This document shows positions 36,301 through 50,460 of a stretch of 64,000 bases of DNA, piece after piece. The position numbers were made by a program, and so were the translations under genes. Positions within the stretch are counted from its first letter, which is position 1; the number at the start of each line of letters is the position of its first letter. Under the pieces are notes generated by a model. The model was not told the origin of the DNA. It saw only the letters and a list, made by a program, of their open reading frames with translations, and ran no database searches. The DNA comes from Cyanophora paradoxa CCMP329 (taxonomy: Eukaryota > Plantae > Glaucophyta): NCBI GenBank assembly GCA_004431415.1, contig QPMI01000241.1:1-64000 (forward strand). The letters run 5' to 3'.

Positions 36301-39300
36301 GTGACCTGGGCGCTGTCGGCGGCGGGGTACAGCGGGAGCGGCGTGGCGCCGACGTACGGGGCGCTGGAGGTGAGCTGCTCTGGGGCGGGCGTGACGCGGA
36401 CGGGCTCGCTGGCGAGCGGCGCGATCGCGGCGGGGGCGACGAGCGCCGACGTGACGGTCTCGGGGCTCCCCGAGATGAGCGCCTCGTACGAGATCACGTG
36501 CAGCGGCGCGAAGCTGACGGCGAACGCTGGAACCGTGACGGGCGCGGCGCCGACCTTCACGCCAGGTGCGGCGGCGACCACGGCGAGCTCGAACTCGGGG
36601 ACGGTGGACTCGCTGTTCGGTGCGCAAGCCCGGGGTCGGAATAGAGCCGCGGGGCGCCTCGCTGGGGGCCCTGACCCGCGCTCGCAGCCAAGTCGGTGGC
36701 GACGCGTCGGTGGCGGTCTCGTTGAGCGGGGCGACGGCGGTTTCGGCGGCAGTGTCCTGGAGCACGACGGGGGCGTCGAGCAGGGAGCCAACGTACGCGA
36801 ACGTGACCGTGAGCTGCTCGAGCGACGGCGCGGCGGGCTCTGCGTCGACGGCGGCGGTGACGTCGGGCGCGGGGACGGGCTCGGCCACTGTGGAGGTCAG
36901 CGCGGGCTCCGGGACGTGGGATACGGCGTCGCACGTGACGAGCTGCGCGGCGACGGTGTACTACTCGTACGCGGGGGCGGCGTCGAGCGCCACAGCGTAC
37001 TCGACGGGTGCGCGGGGCGGGGCGGGCGAGGGGCCAGGGGCGGGGGCTGATGCGGGGGCGCGGGGCGCAGTGGACGCAAAGACGGTGGCGAGCGTGGCGG
37101 TGGGGACGCCGACCCCGGAGTCGACGACGTCGGTGACGGTGCCCGTGACCTGGGCGCTGTCGGCGGCGGGGTACAGCGGGAGCGGCGTGGCGCCGACGTA
37201 CGGGGCGCTGGAGGTGAGCTGCTCTGGGGCGGGCGTGACGCGGACGGGCTCGCTGGCGAGCGGCGCGATCGCGGCGGGGGCGACGAGCGCCGACGTGACG
37301 GTCTCGGGGCTCCCCGAGATGAGCGCCTCGTACGAGATCACGTGCAGCGGCGCGAAGCTGACGGCGAACGCTGGAACCGTGACGGGCGCGGCGCCGACCT
37401 TCACGCCAGGCGCGGCGGCGACCACGGCGAGCTCGAACTCGGGGACGGTGGACTCGCTGTTCGGTGCGCAAGCCCGGGGTCGGAATAGAGCCGCGGGGCG
37501 CCTCGCTGGGGGCCCTGACCCGCGCTCGCAGCCAAGTCGGTGGCGACGCCGTCGGTGGCGGTCTCGTTGAGCGGGGCGACGGCGGTTTCGGCGGCAGTGT
37601 CCTGGAGCACGACGGGGCGTCGAGCAGGGAGCCAACGTACGCGAACGTGACCGTGAGCTGCTCGAGCGACGGCGCGGCGGGCTCTGCGTCGACGGCGGCG
37701 GTGACGTCGGCGCGGGACGGGCTCGGCCACTGTGGAGGTCAGCGCGGGCTCCGGGACGTGGGATACGGCGTCGCACGTGACGAGCTGCGCGGCGACGGTG
37801 TACTACTCGTACGCGGGGGCGGCGTCGAGCGCCACAGCGTACTCGACGGGTGCGCGGGCGGGGCGGGCGAGGGGCCAGGGCGGGGGCTGATGCGGGGGCG
37901 CGGGGCGCAGTGGACGCAAAGACGGTGGCGAGCGTGGCGGTGGGGACGCCGACCCCGGAGTCGACGACGTCGGTGACGGTGCCCGTGACCTGGGCGCTGT
38001 CGGCGGCGGGGTACAGCGGGAGCGGCGTGGCGCCGACGTACGGGGCGCTGGAGGTGAGCTGCTCTGGGGCGGGCGTGACGCGGACGGGCTCGCTGGCGAG
38101 CGGCGCGATCGCGGCGGGGGCGACGAGCGCCGACGTGACGGTCTCGGGGCTCCCCGAGATGAGCGCCTCGTACGAGATCACGTGCAGCGGCGCGAAGCTG
38201 ACGGCGAACGCTGGAACCGTGACGGGCGCGGCGCCGACCTTCACGCCAGGCGCGGCGGCGACCACGGCGAGCTCGAACTCGGGGACGGTGGACTCGCTGT
38301 TCGGTGCGCAAGCCCGGGGTCGGAATAGAGCCGCGGGGCGCCTCGCTGGGGGCCCTGACCCGCGCTCGCAGCCAAGTCGGTGGCGACGCCGTCGGTGGCG
38401 GTCTCGTTGAGCGGGGCGACGGCGGTTTCGGCGGCAGTGTCCTGGAGCACGACGGGGGCGTCGAGCAGGGAGCCAACGTACGCGAACGTGACCGTGAGCT
38501 GCTCGAGCGACGGCGCGGCGGGCTCTGCGTCGACGGCGGCGGTGACGTCGGGCGCGGGGACGGGCTCGGCCACTGTGGAGGTCAGCGCGGGCTCCGGGAC
38601 GTGGGATACGGCGTCGCACGTGACGAGCTGCGCGGCGACGGTGTACTACTCGTACGCGGGGGCGGCGTCGAGCGCCACAGCGTACTCGACGGGTGCGCGG
38701 GCGGGGCGGGCGAGGGGCCAGGGGCGGGGGCTGATGCGGGGGCGCGGGGCGCAGTGGACGCAAAGACGGTGGCGAGCGTGGCGGTGGGGACGCCGACCCC
38801 GGAGTCGACGACGTCGGTGACGGTGCCCGTGACCTGGGCGCTGTCGGCGGCGGGGTACAGCGGGAGCGGCGTGGCGCCGACGTACGGGGCGCTGGAGGTG
38901 AGCTGCTCTGGGCGGGCGTGACGCGGACGGGCTCGCTGGCGAGCGGCGCGATCGCGGCGGGGGCGACGAGCGCCGACGTGACGGTCTCGGGGCTCCCCGA
39001 GATGAGCGCCTCGTACGAGATCACGTGCAGCGGCGCGAAGCTGACGGCGAACGCTGGAACCGTGACGGGGCGGCGCCGACCTTCACGCCAGGCGCGGCGG
39101 CGACCACGGCGAGCTCGAACTCGGAGACGGTGGACTCGCTGTTCGGTGCGCAAGCCCGGGGTCGGAATAGAGCCGCGGGGCGCCTCGCTGGGGCCCTGAC
39201 CCGCGCTCGCAGCCAAGTCGGTGGCGACGCCGTCGGTGGCGGTCTCGTTGAGCGGGGCGACGGCGGTTTCGGCGGCAGTGTCCTGGAGCACGACGGGGGC

Positions 39301-42300
39301 GTCGAGCAGGGAGCCAACGTACGCGAACGTGACCGTGAGCTGCTCGAGCGACGGCGCGGCGGGCTCTGCGTCGACGGCGGCGGTGACGTCGGGCGCGGGG
39401 ACGGGCTCGGCCACTGTGGAGGTCAGCGCGGGCTCCGGGACGTGGGATACGGCGTCGCACGTGACGAGCTGCGCGGCGACGGTGTACTACTCGTACGCGG
39501 GGCGGCGTCGAGCGCCACAGCGTACTCGACGGGTGCGCGGGGCGGGGCGGGCGAGGGGCCAGGGGCGGGGGCTGATGCGGGGGCGCGGGGCGCAGTGGAC
39601 GCAAAGACGGTGGCGAGCGTGGCGGTGGGGACGCCGACCCCGGAGTCGACGACGTCGGTGACGGTGCCCGTGACCTGGGCGCTGTCGGCGGCGGGGTACA
39701 GCGGGAGCGGCGTGGCGCCGACGTACGGGGCGCTGGAGGTGAGCTGCTCTGGGGCGGGCGTGACGCGGACGGGCTCGCTGGCGAGCGGCGCGATCGCGGC
39801 GGGGGCGACGAGCGCCGACGTGACGGTCTCGGGGCTCCCCGAGATGAGCGCCTCGTACGAGATCACGTGCAGCGGCGCGAAGCTGACGGCGAACGCTGGA
39901 ACCGTGACGGGCGCGGCGCCGACCTTCACGCCAGGCGCGGCGGCGACCACGGCGAGCTCGAACTCGGAGACGGTGGACTCGCTGTTCGGTGCGCAAGCCC
40001 GGGGTCGGAATAGAGCCGCGGGCGCCTCGCTGGGGGCCCTGACCCGCGCTCGCAGCCAAGTCGGTGGCGACGCCGTCGGTGGCGGTCTCGTTGAGCGGGG
40101 CGACGGCGGTTTCGGCGGCAGTGTCCTGGAGCACGACGGGGGCGTCGAGCAGGGAGCCAACGTACGCGAACGTGACCGTGAGCTGCTCGAGCGACGGCGC
40201 GGCGGGCTCTGCGTCGACGGCGGCGGTGACGTCGGGCGCGGGGACGGGCTCGGCCACTGTGGAGGTCAGCGCGGGCTCCGGGACGTGGGATACGGCGTCG
40301 CACGTGACGAGCTGCGCGGCGACGGTGTACTACTCGTACGCGGGGGCGGCGTCGAGCGCCACAGCGTACTCGACGGGTGCGCGGGGCGGGGCGGGCGAGG
40401 GGCCAGGGGCGGGGGCTGATGCGGGGGCGCGGGGCGCAGTGGACGCAAAGACGGTGGCGAGCGTGGCGGTGGGGACGCCGACCCCGGAGTCGACGACGTC
40501 GGTGACGGTGCCCGTGACCTGGGCGCTGTCGGCGGCGGGGTACAGCGGGAGCGGCGTGGCGCCGACGTACGGGGCGCTGGAGGTGAGCTGCTCTGGGGCG
40601 GGCGTGACGCGGACGGGCTCGCTGGCGAGCGGCGCGATCGCGGCGGGGGCGACGAGCGCCGACGTGACGGTCTCGGGGCTCCCCGAGATGAGCGCCTCGT
40701 ACGAGATCACGTGCAGCGGCGCGAAGCTGACGGCGAACGCTGGAACCGTGACGGGCGCGGCGCCGACCTTCACGCCAGGCGCGGCGGCGACCACGGCGAG
40801 CTCGAACTCGGGGACGGTGGACTCGCTGTTCGGTGCGCAAGCCCGGGGTCGGAATAGAGCCGCGGGGCGCCTCGCTGGGGGCCCTGACCCGCGCTCGCAG
40901 CCAAGTCGGTGGCGACGCCGTCGGTGGCGGTCTCGTTGAGCGGGGCGACGGCGGTTTCGGCGGCAGTGTCCTGGAGCACGACGGGGGCGTCGAGCAGGGA
41001 GCCAACGTACGCGAACGTGACCGTGAGCTGCTCGAGCGACGGCGCGGCGGGCTCTGCGTCGACGGCGGCGGTGACGTCGGGCGCGGGGACGGGCTCGGCC
41101 ACTGTGGAGGTCAGCGCGGGCTCCGGGACGTGGGATACGGCGTCGCACGTGACGAGCTGCGCGGCGACGGTGTACTACTCGTACGCGGGGGCGGCGTCGA
41201 GCGCCACAGCGTACTCGACGGGTGCGCGGGGCGGGGCGGGCGAGGGCCAGGGGCGGGGGCTGATGCGGGGGCGCGGGGCGCAGTGGACGCAAAGACGGTG
41301 GCGAGCGTGGCGGTGGGGACGCCGACCCCGGAGTCGACGACGTCGGTGACGGTGCCCGTGACCTGGGCGCTGTCGGCGGCGGGGTACAGCGGGAGCGGCG
41401 TGGCGCCGACGTACGGGGCGCTGGAGGTGAGCTGCTCTGGGGCGGGCGTGACGCGGACGGGCTCGCTGGCGAGCGGCGCGATCGCGGCGGGGGCGACGAG
41501 CGCCGACGTGACGGTCTCGGGGCTCCCCGAGATGAGCGCCTCGTACGAGATCACGTGCAGCGGCGCGAAGCTGACGGCGAACGCTGGAACCGTGACGGGT
41601 GCGGCGCCGACCTTCACGCCAGGCGCGGCGGCGACCACGGCGAGCTCGAACTCGGAGACGGTGGACTCGCTGTTCGGTGCGCAAGCCCGGGGTCGGAATA
41701 GAGCCGCGGGGCGCCTCGCTGGGGGCCCTGACCCGCGCTCGCAGCCAAGTCGGTGGCGACGCCGTCGGTGGCGGTCTCGTTGAGCGGGGCGACGGCGGTT
41801 TCGGCGGCAGTGTCCTGGAGCACGACGGGGGCGTCGAGCAGGGAGCCAACGTACGCGAACGTGACCGTGAGCTGCTCGAGCGACGGCGCGGCGGGCTCTG
41901 CGTCGACGGCGGCGGTGACGTCGGGCGCGGGGACGGGCTCGGCCACTGTGGAGGTCAGCGCGGGCTCCGGGACGTGGGATACGGCGTCGCACGTGACGAG
42001 CTGCGCGGCGACGGTGTACTACTCGTACGCGGGGCGGCGTCGAGCGCCACAGCGTACTCGACGGGTGCGCGGGGCGGGGCGGGCGAGGGGCCAGGGGCGG
42101 GGGCTGATGCGGGGGCGCGGGGCGCAGTGGACGCAAAGACGGTGGCGAGCGTGGCGGTGGGGACGCCGACCCCGGAGTCGACGACGTCGGTGACGGTGCC
42201 CGTGACCTGGGCGCTGTCGGCGGCGGGGTACAGCGGGAGCGGCGTGGCGCCGACGTACGGGGCGCTGGAGGTGAGCTGCTCTGGGGCGGGCGTGACGCGG

Positions 42301-45300
42301 ACGGGCTCGCTGGCGAGCGGCGCGATCGCGGCGGGGGCGACGAGCGCCGACGTGACGGTCTCGGGGCTCCCCGAGATGAGCGCCTCGTACGAGATCACGT
42401 GCAGCGGCGCGAAGCTGACGGCGAACGCTGGAACCGTGACGGGTGCGGCGCCGACCTTCACGCCAGGCGCGGCGGCGACCACGGCGAGCTCGAACTCGGA
42501 GACGGTGGACTCGCTGTTCGGTGCGCAAGCCCGGGGTCGGAATAGAGCCGCGGGGCGCCTCGCTGGGGGCCCTGACCCGCGCTCGCAGCCAAGTCGGTGG
42601 CGACGCCGTCGGTGGCGGTCTCGTTGAGCGGGGCGACGGCGGTTTCGGCGGCAGTGTCCTGGAGCACGACGGGGGCGTCGAGCAGGGAGCCAACGTACGC
42701 GAACGTGACCGTGAGCTGCTCGAGCGACGGCGCGGCGGGCTCTGCGTCGACGGCGGCGGTGACGTCGGGCGCGGGGACGGGCTCGGCCACTGTGGAGGTC
42801 AGCGCGGGCTCCGGGACGTGGGATACGGCGTCGCACGTGACGAGCTGCGCGGCGACGGTGTACTACTCGTACGCGGGGCGGCGTCGAGCGCCACAGCGTA
42901 CTCGACGGGTGCGCGGGGCGGGGCGGGCGAGGGCCAGGGGCGGGGGCTGATGCGGGGGCGGGGCGCAGTGGACGCAAAGACGGTGGCGAGCGTGGCGGTG
43001 GGACGCCGACCCCGGAGTCGACGACGTCGGTGACGGTGCCCGTGACCTGGGCGCTGTCGGCGGCGGGGTACAGCGGGAGCGGCGTGGCGCCGACGTACGG
43101 GGCGCTGGAGGTGAGCTGCTCTGGGGCGGGCGTGACGCGGACGGGCTCGCTGGCGAGCGGCGCGATCGCGGCGGGGCGACGAGCGCCGACGTGACGGTCT
43201 CGGGGCTCCCCGAGATGAGCGCCTCGTACGAGATCACGTGCAGCGGCGCGAAGCTGACGGCGAACGCTGGAACCGTGACGGGTGCGGCGCCGACCTTCAC
43301 GCCAGGCGCGGCGGCGACCACGGCGAGCTCGAACTCGGAGACGGTGGACTCGCTGTTCGGTGCGCACGCCCGGGGTCGGAATAGAGCCGCGGGGCGCCTC
43401 GCTGGGGGCCCTGACCCGCGCTCGCAGCCAAGTCGGTGGCGACGCCGTCGGTGGCCGTCTCGTTGAGCGGGGCGACGGCGGTTTCGGCGGCAGTGTCCTG
43501 GAGCACGACGGGGGCGTCGAGCAGGGAGCCAACGTGCGCGAACGTGACCGTGAGCTGCTCGAGCGACGGCGCGGCGGGCTCTGCGTCGACGGCGGCGGTG
43601 ACGTCGGGCGCGGGACGGGCTCGGCCACTGTGGAGGTCAGCGCGGGCTCCGGGACGTGGGATACGGCGTCGCACGTGACGAGCTGCGCGGCGACGGTGTA
43701 CTACTCGTACGCGGGGGCGGCGTCGAGCGCCACAGCGTACTCGACGGGTGCGCGGGGCGGGGCGGGCGAGGGGCCAGGGGCGGGGGCTGATGCGGGGGCG
43801 CGGGGCGCAGTGGACGCAAAGACGGTGGCGAGCGTGGCGGTGGGGACGCCGACCCGGAGTCGACGACGTCGGTGACGGTGCCCGTGACCTGGGCGCTGTC
43901 GGCGGCGGGGTACAGCGGGAGCGGCGTGGCGCCGACGTACGGGGCGCTGGAGGTGAGCTGCTCTGGGGCGGGCGTGACGCGGACGGGCTCGCTGGCGAGC
44001 GGCGCGATCGCGGCGGGGGCGACGAGCGCCGACGTGACGGTCTCGGGGCTCCCCGAGATGAGCGCCTCGTACGAGATCACGTGCAGCGGCGCGAAGCTGA
44101 CGGCGAACGCTGGAACCGTGACGGGCGGGCGCCGACCTTCACGCCAGGCGCGGCGGCGACCACGGCGAGCTCGAACTCGGAGACGGTGGACTCGCTGTTC
44201 GTGCGCAGCCCGGGGTCGGAATAGAGCCGCGGGGCGCCTCGCTGGGGCCCTGACCCGCGCTCGCAGCCAAGTCGGTGGCGACGCCGTCGGTGGCGGTCTC
44301 GTTGAGCGGGGCGACGGCGGTTTCGGCGGCAGTGTCCTGGAGCACGACGGGGGCGTCGAGCAGGGAGCCAACGTACGCGAACGTGACCGTGAGCTGCTCG
44401 AGCGACGGCGCGGCGGGCTCTGCGTCGACGGCGGCGGTGACGTCGGGCGCGGGGACGGGCTCGGCCACTGTGGAGGTCAGCGCGGGCTCCGGGACGTGGG
44501 ATACGGCGTCGCACGTGACGAGCTGCGCGGCGACGGTGTACTACTCGTACGCGGGGGCGGCGTCGAGCGCCACAGCGTACTCGACGGGTGCGCGGGGCGG
44601 GCGGGCGAGGGGCCAGGGGCGGGGGCTGATGCGGGGCGCGGGGCGCAGTGGACGCAAAGACGGTGGCGAGCGTGGCGGTGGGGACGCCGACCCGGAGTCG
44701 ACGACGTCGGTGACGGTGCCCGTGACCTGGGCGCTGTCGGCGGCGGGGTACAGCGGGAGCGGCGTGGCGCCGACGTACGGGGCGCTGGAGGTGAGCTGCT
44801 CTGGGGCGGGCGTGACGCGGACGGGCTCGCTGGCGAGCGGCGCGATCGCGGCGGGGGCGACGAGCGCCGACGTGACGGTCTCGGGGCTCCCCGAGATGAG
44901 CGCCTCGTACGAGATCACGTGCAGCGGCGCGAAGCTGACGGCGAACGCTGGAACCGTGACGGGCGCGGCGCCGACCTTCACGCCAGGCGCGGCGGCGACC
45001 ACGGCGAGCTCGAACTCGGAGACGGTGGACTCGCTGTTCGGTGCGCACGCCCGGGGTCGGAATAGAGCCGCGGGGCGCCTCGCTGGGGGCCCTGACCCGC
45101 GCTCGCAGCCAAGTCGGTGGCGACGCCGTCGGTGGCGGTCTCGTTGAGCGGGGCGACGGCGGTTTCGGCGGCAGTGTCCTGGAGCACGACGGGGGCGTCG
45201 AGCAGGGAGCCAACGTACGCGAACGTGACCGTGAGCTGCTCGAGCGACGGCGCGGCGGCTCTGCGTCGACGGCGGCGGTGACGTCGGGCGCGGGGACGGA

Positions 45301-48300
45301 CTCGGCCACTGTGGAGGTCAGCGCGGGCTCCGGGACGTGGGATACGGCGTCGCACGTGACGAGCTGCGCGGCGACGGTGTACTACTCGTACGCGGGGGCG
45401 GCGTCGAGCGCCACAGCGTACTCGACGGGTGCGCGGGGCGGGGCGGGCGAGGGCCAGGGGCGGGGCTGATGCGGGGGCGCGGGGCGCAGTGGACGCAAAG
45501 ACGGTGGCGAGCGTGGCGGTGGGGACGCCGACCCCGGAGTCGACGACGTCGGTGACGGTGCCCGTGACCTGGGCGCTGTCGGCGGCGGGGTACAGCGGGA
45601 GCGGCGTGGCGCCGACGTACGGGCGCTGGAGGTGAGCTGCTCTGGGGCGGGCGTGACGCGGACGGGCTCGCTGGCGAGCGGCGCGATCGCGGCGGGGGCG
45701 ACGAGCGCCGACGTGACGGTCTCGGGGCTCCCCGAGATGAGCGCCTCGTACGAGATCACGTGCAGCGGCGCGAAGCTGACGGCGAACGCTGGAACCGTGA
45801 CGGGCGCGGCGCCGACCTTCACGCCAGGCGCGGCGGCGACCACGGCGAGCTCGAACTCGGAGACGGTGGACTCGCTGTTCGGTGCGCACGCCCGGGGTCG
45901 GAATAGAGCCGCGGGGCGCCTCGCTGGGGGCCCTGACCCGCGCTCGCAGCCAAGTCGGTGGCGACGCCGTCGGTGGCGGTCTCGTTGAGCGGGGCGACGG
46001 CGGTTTCGGCGGCAGTGTCCTGGAGCACGACGGGGGCGTCGAGCAGGGAGCCAACGTACGCGAACGTGACCGTGAGCTGCTCGAGCGACGGCGCGGCGGC
46101 TCTGCGTCGACGGCGGCGGTGACGTCGGGCGCGGGGACGGGCTCGGCCACTGTGGAGGTCAGCGCGGGCTCCGGGACGTGGGATACGGCGTCGCACGTGA
46201 CGAGCTGCGCGGCGACGGTGTACTACTCGTACGCGGGGGCGGCGTCGAGCGCCACAGCGTACTCGACGGGTGCGCGGGGCGGGCGGGCGAGGGGCCAGGG
46301 GCGGGGGCTGATGCGGGGGCGCGGGGCGCAGTGGACGCAAAGACGGTGGCGAGCGTGGCGGTGGGGACGCCGACCCCGGAGTCGACGACGTCGGTGACGG
46401 TGCCCGTGACCTGGGCGCTGTCGGCGGCGGGGTACAGCGGAGCGGCGTGGCGCCGACGTACGGGGCGCTGGAGGTGAGCTGCTCTGGGGCGGGCGTGACG
46501 CGGACGGGCTCGCTGGCGAGCGGCGCGATCGCGGCGGGGCGACGAGCGCCGACGTGACGGTCTCGGGCTCCCCGAGATGAGCGCCTCGTACGAGATCACG
46601 TGCAGCGGCGCGAAGCTGACGGCGAACGCTGGAACCGTGACGGGCGCGGCGCCGACCTTCACGCCAGGCGCGGCGGCGACCACGGCGAGCTCGAACTCGG
46701 AGACGGTGGACTCGCTGTTCGGTGCGCACGCCCGGGGTCGGAATAGAGCCGCGGGCGCCTCGCTGGGGCCCTGACCCGCGCTCGCAGCCAAGTCGGTGGC
46801 GACGCCGTCGGTGGCGGTCTCGTTGAGCGGGCGACGGCGGTTTCGGCGGCAGTGTCCTGGAGCACGACGGGGCGTCGAGCAGGGAGCCAACGTACGCGAA
46901 CGTGACCGTGAGCTGCTCGAGCGACGGCGCGGCGGGCTCTGCGTCGACGGCGGCGGTGACGTCGGGCGCGGGGACGGGCTCGGCCACTGTGGAGGTCAGC
47001 GCGGGCTCCGGGACGTGGGATACGGCGTCGCACGTGACGAGCTGCGCGGCGACGGTGTACTACTCGTACGCGGGCGGCGTCGAGCGCCACAGCGTACTCG
47101 ACGGGTGCGCGGGGCGGGGCGGGCGAGGGGCCAGGGCGGGGCTGATGCGGGGCGCGGGGCGCAGTGGACGCAAAGACGGTGGCGAGCGTGGCGGTGGGGA
47201 CGCCGACCCCGGAGTCGACGACGTCGGTGACGGTGCCCGTGACCTGGGCGCTGTCGGCGGCGGGTACAGCGGGAGCGGCGTGGCGCCGACGTACGGGGCG
47301 CTGGAGGTGAGCTGCTCTGGGGCGGGCGTGACGCGGACGGGCTCGCTGGCGAGCGGCGCGATCGCGGCGGGGGCGACGAGCGCCGACGTGACGGTCTCGG
47401 GGCTCCCCGAGATGAGCGCCTCGTACGAGATCACGTGCAGCGGCGCGAAGCTGACGGCGAACGCTGGAACCGTGACGGGTGCGGCGCCGACCTTCACGCC
47501 AGGCGCGGCGGCGACCACGGCGAGCTCGAACTCGGAGACGGTGGACTCGCTGTTCGGTGCGCACGCCCGGGGTCGGAATAGAGCCGCGGGGCGCCTCGCT
47601 GGGGGCCCTGACCCGCGCTCGCAGCCAAGTCGGTGGCGACGCCGTCGGTGGCGGTCTCGTTGAGCGGGGCGACGGCGGTTTCGGCGGCAGTGTCCTGGAG
47701 CACGACGGGGGCGTCGAGCAGGAGCCAACGTACGCGAACGTGACCGTGAGCTGCTCGAGCGACGGCGCGGCGGGCTCTGCGTCGACGGCGGCGGTGACGT
47801 CGGGCGCGGGACGGGCTCGGCCACTGTGGAGGTCAGCGCGGGCTCCGGGACGTGGGATACGGCGTCGCACGTGACGAGCTGCGCGGCGACGGTGTACTAC
47901 TCGTACGCGGGGCGGCGTCGAGCGCCACAGCGTACTCGACGGGTGCGCGGGGCGGGCGGGCGAGGGCCAGGGGCGGGGCTGATGCGGGGCGCGGGGCGCA
48001 GTGGACGCAAAGACGGTGGCGAGCGTGGCGGTGGGGACGCCGACCCCGGAGTCGACGACGTCGGTGACGGTGCCCGTGACCTGGGCGCTGTCGGCGGCGG
48101 GTACAGCGGGAGCGCGTGGCGCCGACGTACGGGGCGCTGGAGGTGAGCTGCTCTGGGCGGGCGTGACGCGGACGGGCTCGCTGGCGAGCGGCGCGATCGC
48201 GGCGGGGGCGACGAGCGCCGACGTGACGGTCTCGGGGCTCCCCGAGATGAGCGCCTCGTACGAGATCACGTGCAGCGGCGCGAAGCTGACGGCGAACGCT

Positions 48301-50460
48301 GGAACCGTGACGGGCGCGGCGCCGACCTTCACGCCAGGCGCGGCGGCGACCACGGCGAGCTCGAACTCGGAGACGGTGGACTCGCTGTTCGGTGCGCACG
48401 CCCGGGTCGGAATAGAGCCGCGGGGCGCCTCGCTGGGGGCCCTGACCCGCGCTCGCAGCCAAGTCGGTGGCGACGCCGTCGGTGGCGGTCTCGTTGAGCG
48501 GGGCGACGGCGGTTTCGGCGGCAGTGTCCTGGAGCACGACGGGGGCGTCGAGCAGGGAGCCAACGTACGCGAACGTGACCGTGAGCTGCTCGAGCGACGG
48601 CGCGGCGGGCTCTGCGTCGACGGCGGCGGTGACGTCGGGCGCGGGACGGGCTCGGCCACTGTGGAGGTCAGCGCGGGCTCCGGACGTGGATACGGCGTCG
48701 CACGTGACGAGCTGCGCGGCGACGGTGTACTACTCGTACGCGGGGCGGCGTCGAGCGCCACAGCGTACTCGACGGGTGCGCGGGGCGGGGCGGGCGAGGG
48801 GCCAGGGCGGGGCTGATGCGGGGCGCGGGGCGCAGTGGACGCAAAGACGGTGGCGAGCGTGGCGGTGGGGACGCCGACCCCGGAGTCGACGACGTCGGTG
48901 ACGGTGCCCGTGACCTGGGCGCTGTCGGCGGCGGGGTACAGCGGGAGCGGCGTGGCGCCGACGTACGGGGCGCTGGAGGTGAGCTGCTCTGGGCGGGCGT
49001 GACGCGGACGGGCTCGCTGGCGAGCGGCGCGATCGCGGCGGGGCGACGAGCGCCGACGTGACGGTCTCGGGCTCCCCGAGATGAGCGCCTCGTACGAGAT
49101 CACGTGCAGCGGCGCGAAGCTGACGGCGAACGCTGGAACCGTGACGGGTGCGGCGCCGACCTTCACGCCAGGCGCGGCGGCGACCACGGCGAGCTCGAAC
49201 TCGGAGACGGTGGACTCGCTGTTCGGTGCGCACGCCGGGTCGAATAGAGCCGCGGGGCGCCTCGCTGGGGCCCTGACCCGCGCTCGCAGCCAAGTCGTGG
49301 CGACGCCGTCGGTGGCGGTCTCGTTGAGCGGGCGACGGCGGTTTCGGCGGCAGTGTCCTGGAGCACGACGGGGGCGTCGAGCAGGGAGCCAACGTACGCG
49401 AACGTGACCGTGAGCTGCTCGAGCGACGGCGCGGCGGGCTCTGCGTCGACGGCGGCGGTGACGTCGGGCGCGGGGACGGGCTCGGCCACTGTGGAGGTCA
49501 GCGCGGGCTCCGGGACGTGGATACGGCGTCGCACGTGACGAGCTGCGCGGCGACGGTGTACTACTCGTACGCGGGCGGCGTCGAGCGCCACAGCGTACTC
49601 GACGGGTGCGCGGGGCGGGCGGGCGAGGGCCAGGGGCGGGGCTGATGCGGGGCGCGGGCGCAGTGGACGCAAAGACGGTGGCGAGCGTGGCGGTGGGGAC
49701 GCCGACCCCGGAGTCGACGACGTCGGTGACGGTGCCCGTGACCTGGGCGCTGTCGGCGGCGGGGTACAGCGGGAGCGGCGTGGCGCCGACGTACGGGGCG
49801 CTGGAGGTGAGCTGCTCTGGGGCGGGCGTGACGCGGACGGGCTCGCTGGCGAGCGGCGCGACCGCGGCGGGGGCGACGAGCGCCGACGTGACGGTCTCGG
49901 GGCTCCCCGAGATGAGCGCCTCGTACGAGATCACGTGCAGCGGCGCGAAGCTGACGGCGAACGCTGGAACCGTGATGGGCGCGGCGCCGACCTTCACGCC
50001 AGGCGCGGCGGCGACCACGGCGAGCTCGAACTCGGAGACGGTGGACTCGCTGTTTGGTGCGTGCTGCAAAGAGAGTGGCTTCGGCGCGCTTCTTAATCAG
50101 GATTTCCTTGCAGCCAAATCGGTCGTGGCGATTGGTATTTCGAGTGTTTCCGTCATCAACGAGACTTCAGTTCGCGTCGGAACTCTTTCCTGGACACTGT
50201 CTTCCTTGGGAATCGATGGCTCTCCAACTAATCTTACGCTTTATATCACATGCATTAATAATATGGCTTCCAGCATTCATATCGATTACCTTCAGGCAGG
50301 AGTCACCTCAAGTACCGAAGCTCTTCTGGAGTCTTTACTGTGGGATACTGCACAGCATGCTACGACTTGTACTGCTGTACTTACTTACTCGAATCAAGAG
50401 AAAGTCACGACTGAAACGGTAGTCGTTTCAGCAACAGCTCCTACGCCCAGCCCGTCGCCG

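Larger units (their letters stand above)
15332..50056 (+). repeat. 845-bp tandem array, 31 units (exon A 321 nt, intron 63 nt, exon B 393 nt, intron 68 nt)
   Basis: Unit 3: exon 17014-17334, intron 17335-17397 (GTGCGC...CTGAT...GCAG), exon 17398-17790, intron 17791-17858 (GTGCGC...CTGAC...GCAG). Both introns are phase 1 and splicing gives an open 238-aa repeat. 5 units start before the insertion and 26 after it. Confidence 0.92.

Noticed and set aside
15332-50056. Frameshifts between repeat units as programmed phase variation
   Set aside because: Nearly all are single-base losses in G/C runs and increase toward the array end, typical of uncorrected long-read error.
15232-50069. Many Arg/Pro-rich ORFs on both strands in the 845-bp array
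   Set aside because: Shadow frames of very GC-rich repeated DNA. Only the plus-strand spliced frame gives a coherent protein.
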